A stretch of DNA of 54,921 nucleotides. Source: Thermoplasmata archaeon (GTDB lineage: Archaea > Thermoplasmatota > SW-10-69-26 > JACQPN01 > JAJPHT01). Below the pieces are notes generated by a model, which was not told where the DNA came from, ran no database searches, and saw only the letters and a list, made by a program, of their open reading frames with translations. How positions within the stretch are numbered: position 1 is the stretch's first letter; every line of letters begins with the position of its first letter. Positions 54,356-54,921 of the stretch are shown one piece after another. Position numbers and translations under genes: made by a program. The DNA lies in contig JAXDQU010000028.1 of assembly GCA_034667685.1 (NCBI GenBank), positions 1-54,921 of the forward strand, read 5' to 3'.

Positions 54356-54463
54356 GAGGGGGGTTCGGGGGGCGAAGCCCCCCGACATAGAATCAGGACG
54401 ATATCACATTCATGTGGCCAGGGCGAGACGTCAGGGGGCTGCGCCCCCTGAAACCCCCCTCTT
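54354..54463. repeat. Inverted pair of ~33-nt REP-like hairpin units
   Basis: AAGAGGGGGGTTCGGGGGGCGAAGCCCCCCGAC and an inverted AAGAGGGGGGTTTCAGGGGGCGCAGCCCCCTGAC. Confidence 0.85.
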
Positions 54464-54531
54464 GTCGCCGCGCTGCGGCGCGGCGAAGCGACGAGAAAAT
54501 CTCCCAGACGCGGAAGGTTCTGAAACTGGCT

Positions 54532-54921
54532 CTAGCTCTCGGGCTCCGCGACTCCGAACCTCTTCTGGAAGAAGAAGCGGAGGTTCTTCCATCCGTCCTT
54601 CCACGAGGCGAGCTTGACCTCGCCGACGCGGACGCGGTACTCGATGGGGATCTCGCGGCTGCGCAGGTCCTGCTTCGTGAAGGCCTCGAGCTTGATCTCC
54701 TCGCTGAAGGGCATGCCGTCGCTGGTGAGCTTCAGCCGGGGCAGGATGCCGCGCTTGAAGATCCACATGCCGCTCTGCGAGTCCTTGATGCTGGCGAGGA
54801 AGAGCACGCGCCCGGTGGTCGAGAGGACCCAGTTGCCGAACTTGTGCTTCGCGCTCATGGCGCCGGGCTGGAGCTTGCCGAAGCGGTTCCCGGTGAGGAA
54901 GTCGAGCCTCTCGCGCTCGAA
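54532..54921 (-). CDS. GT2 glycosyltransferase (DPM1-like), C-terminal part, 5'-partial
   Basis: DFLTGNRF, FGNWVL, DSQSGMWIF, EIPIEYRVRVGEVKL..WKDG. Confidence 0.88.
   Translation of the reverse strand, partial: FERERLDFLTGNRFGKLQPGAMSAKHKFGNWVLSTTGRVLFLASIKDSQSGMWIFKRGILPRLKLTSDGMPFSEEIKLEAFTKQDLRSREIPIEYRVRVGEVKLASWKDGWKNLRFFFQKRFGVAEPES

Overview
GC-rich chromosomal segment (roughly 70% GC by eye) of an archaeon. Archaeal markers: TFE, Sec61-beta, split GMP synthase subunit A, TrmB, and TATA-like boxes about 25 nt upstream of leaderless starts. Thermoplasmatota is my inference, not a database result. About 60 genes are supported; most long ORFs in the supplied track are antisense or off-frame shadows. 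Housekeeping and metabolic genes include NUDIX, a PRTase-hydrolase fusion, cfa, two guaAA copies, beta-carbonic anhydrase, a sulfurtransferase, threonine synthase, acyl-CoA ligase, trxB, ABC transporters, BCP, PolB, AlkA, a CDGSH protein and a GT2. Unusual modules: (1) a lower-GC kaiC-kaiB-PAS operon converging on a PAS histidine kinase, whose PAS protein shares an unrecognised N-terminal helical domain with a paralogue at the window start; (2) an HTH-FHA regulator coupled to an ~11-TM Ser/Thr kinase; (3) an ectodomain-TM-TPR-like receptor facing a small secreted Cys-repeat peptide and a tandem wHTH regulator; (4) a secreted lysozyme/SLT-like protein with two expansin-like repeats; (5) HhH proteins, one with a MinD-like amphipathic tail, beside a CdrS-like RHH gene; (6) three candidate structured ncRNAs; (7) intergenic palindromes built from 7-9-nt tandem units. 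No tRNA, rRNA, CRISPR array, transposase or integrase was seen. All calls are motif recognition by eye; no searches were run.
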